NCBI GenBank assembly: GCA_963796285.1
Contig: CAWCKW010000012.1
Coordinates: 1,991,635 to 2,055,634, forward strand
Reading direction: 5' to 3'
Source: Nitrospirota bacterium
GTDB lineage: Bacteria > Nitrospirota > UBA9217
DNA length: 64,000 nucleotides
The number at the start of each line of letters is the position of its first letter. Within the stretch, counting starts at the first letter, position 1. Of the stretch, positions 61,244 to 64,000 are shown piece by piece. Position numbers and translations under genes: made by a program. A model generated the notes under the pieces. It worked only from the letters and a program-made list of their open reading frames with translations, was not told the origin of the DNA and ran no database searches.

Positions 61244-63058
61244 TCATCGATTGTTACGCTTTTGGACAAATTTCTCGGCTGTAGACATTGCAGCCTTTAA
61301 GCACGGCGACATGATAAGCGAGGAGCTGCAGCGGTACAACGGTGACAAAAGGAAAGCGCGGGACCAGTCGACGGCACCACGATCATGTCGTCCGCTTTGT
61401 CGCGGAAGGCAGCGGGTGAATCCGTGACCAAAATGATTCTTCCTCCCCTGTGCCTTCACCTCCTCGATGTTCGAATGGATCTTTTCGTGCAGGCTGTCTA
61501 TCGTTGCCAGGAATACGACGGGGACTCCATCCTCGACCAGCGCGATGGGCCCATGCTTTATTTCTCCCGCCGGATAACCATCAGCATGAATGTAAGCGAG
61601 CTCCTTCATCTTGAGCGCGCCTTCGAGCGCGACAGGGTAGTTGATCCCCCGGCCGACATACAGCATGCTTTTCGCGTTCACCAGGGTCTTTGCGATCTCC
61701 TTGACCGTTCCATCGGTTTGGAGCGCCTGTCCAACCAGCCTCGGAAGTCCGAGCAAGAATGGTTTGAGCGTCTGGATCTTTAGGTCTTCAGCTTTCCCTT
61801 CTTGGCTCCCAGGGCGATGCCCAGGAGGCTCAGGGCGGCAAGCTGGGCAAAAAGGCCTGGTGGATACCACGCCGATCTCCATCCCCGCACGCGTGTACAG
61901 AACCGAATCAGCCTCGCGCGTGCTGGGCTGGCGATGACATCGCAGATGGTCAGGGTCTTCGCTCCTTTTCCCTTGGCTTCGCGTTGTGCCGCGAGGGTAT
62001 CGGCTGTTTCCCCGGACTGCGTAATCGTGACCAGCATCGTCCCTTTGGGATGACCGTGCACATGTCCCGGAACTCCGAGGCGATGTCCACGACAACGGGG
62101 ATGCGCACGAACTCTTGATCATATACCGGCCGATAAGACCTGCGTGGTACGACGTACCGCATGCTGCGTATGGAGCCGTCTGAGTATCCTTGATGGTTCC
62201 CGTAATGCCCATCTCATCAAGGAGCCTGTCCGTGTCGTCGTCTACTCCCGCAGGGTATCCATGACCGCCTGGGGCTGTTCGTATATCTCCTTCAGCATGA
62301 AATGACCGTATCCCTGTCGGCCATCGCAGGCGTCCAGTCAATGGTTACGCTCTTTCCCTTCGAGCGCAGGATCTCCAAGGGATTCGACGTGCTTCGCAGC
62401 TCGACCCCGTTGCTCCTGAGCACGGCCATGTGCCGGTCTTCGAGAGGGATAAAGTTCTTCGTATACGGGAGGAGCGCCGGGGACATCGGATGCGATGTAC
62501 TGTGCATCCGTGCCTATGCCAATGACGAGCGGGCTGTTGCTGCGGATCGCGAACAGCGTATCCGGCGTGCCTTCGTAGATGATCCCCAGTGCATAAACCC
62601 CGCGAAGATGCGTGATCGCCCGTCGGATCGCCTCATCAATAGGGAGACCGCGGTCAAGGTAGCGGGCGACGAGCCAGGCACTACCTCCGTATCCGTCTGG
62701 GATGTGAACACCCGCCCTGTCAATACCAGTTTGTTCCTCAACTTGCGGTAATTTTCGATGAGGCCGTTGCGCACAACGGAGACGCCTTTGCACTGTGTGC
62801 GGATGGGTATTGACTGCCCACGGCTCGCCATGGGTGGCCCATCGCGTGTGGCCGATGCCGATCGTAATGGCCGGAAATGGGGTCGGCACAATCTTCTGAA
62901 GGTCCTCAGCTTGCCCGGAGTCTTGTAAACCTCGATTCCTATCTGTTTTTAAACGCAATTCCCGACGAATCGTAACCGCGATACTCCAAACGGGTAAGAC
63001 CGTCAAAGAGGATCTGCAAAGACTCCTTTTTCCCAACATAGCCGAAAATTCCGCTCAT
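61244..63058 (-). pseudogene. glmS: glutamine-fructose-6-phosphate aminotransferase with many frameshifts
   Basis: [72 protein letters not shown]. Confidence 0.85.
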
Positions 63059-63106
63059 TTTTTTTCTCACTTAGATTCCTTGAGGGTCAGTTCTTTACCG
63101 TCAGCA

Positions 63107-63964
63107 TCAGCACAGACTGCTGATGATCCTGCTTACGCTCGTATAATGCAAACCGAGATGGTCAGCAATTTCCCTCTGGCTATACAAATGCTTTTCAACT
63201 GCTTCCATAATGTTTCGATTGCGTTTTTGCTTATCCCGCATGACCTGTTCCGTGAATATTTTCCCGAGAAGAGGCCTGTTCACATAGCGCCGGCTTTTCG
63301 GTATCTCCGGCACGTCCTTGTGTTTTCGGAGATGAGCAACCAGGCTGTCTGCAAATTCGTCTTCACCCAGGAGCGCCTGCCCCCGCACTTCCGTCCAGAT
63401 GGTCTCTTTGTTGATGCCCCATTGGACGAACTGACGATATTCGCTGTCGGCCTTTCCACTCTTTCCGCTGAACTGTCCAAGCATCCAGTCGACGGAGAGA
63501 CAGGGATGGCTGCTTTCTCTTCCGGCTGTCGCCCGATAGCTGCTCCACTTCCATGCCTCGGGCTTTTCCACCATTTTTGCCCGGACGGGATTCAGCACCA
63601 CATAGCTGCAAATCTTTCTCCAGCAGACGACCGTCCTTCTGGATCACGATCCCACTTATACCTTCCCTGGAACAAGTGGCCCGCCCTGCTATGCAGCTTG
63701 TTAAAGAGCTGTGTATAGACGCCGTTTAACTGCCGCATGCCCACGGAAAGGTTCCCTTCAGGCGTCTCAATGAGCAGATGATAATGGTTGTCCATCAGGC
63801 AGTAGGCGTGGCAGATCCAATTGCAGCGTTTATTGACATGCTGGAGGGTGTTCAGGAAGTTGATCCGGTCCTGGTCGCCTTTGAAGACGGGCTTTCTCTC
63901 ATTACCGCGGGAGGTGATGTGGTAAACTGCGCCGGCATATTCTATACGGAGCGGGACGGGCCAT
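63107..63964 (-). mobile_element. RAYT-like Y1 HUH transposase with C-terminal HTH, frameshifted
   Basis: MARPLRIEY..AVYHITSRGN, AYCLMDNHYHLL, GHLFQGRYK, LNPVRA.MV..P..W.WSSY, YSQREIADHLGLHY. Confidence 0.88.
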
Positions 63965-64000
63965 AATGACATCAAAATATCAGAGAAAATGGCCAATGTC

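Overview
A 64-kb bacterial chromosomal window of moderately high GC. Gene content (c7-type cytochrome, DUF4388/PilT, two-CW-type proteins, HrcA/CIRCE) suggests Nitrospirota or a deltaproteobacteria-like anaerobe; this is inference. It contains an HrcA/CIRCE heat-shock locus (hsp20, hrcA-grpE-dnaK-dnaJ, two perfect CIRCE boxes), a divergent RelA/SpoT-like (TIGR04552-like) protein, a full-length Lhr helicase and two diguanylate cyclases, one with an RpfC-like N-terminus. It also has a heme-motif histidine kinase with a Cys-rich two-CW module beside a triheme cytochrome, a pterin operon (oxidoreductase, PCD, FolM-like SDR, folB, folK, folE), many accessory oxidoreductases and a repeat/Cys-rich lipoprotein. 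The last ~7 kb is dense in frameshifts (GalT-like, SagB-type nitroreductase, glmS, RAYT-like Y1 transposase). The most striking non-coding signal is a ~400-430-bp, highly structured, modular repeat with about nine full or partial copies between 36.5 and 49.2 kb. Most are in head-to-tail arrays, with a hypervariable stem apex and nested hairpin modules, and are possibly linked to the RAYT-like HUH transposase through dispersed (GA)CTGACCC tags. Two duplicated small-protein families are also present. All calls come from reading the sequence and from recalled family motifs; no searches were run.
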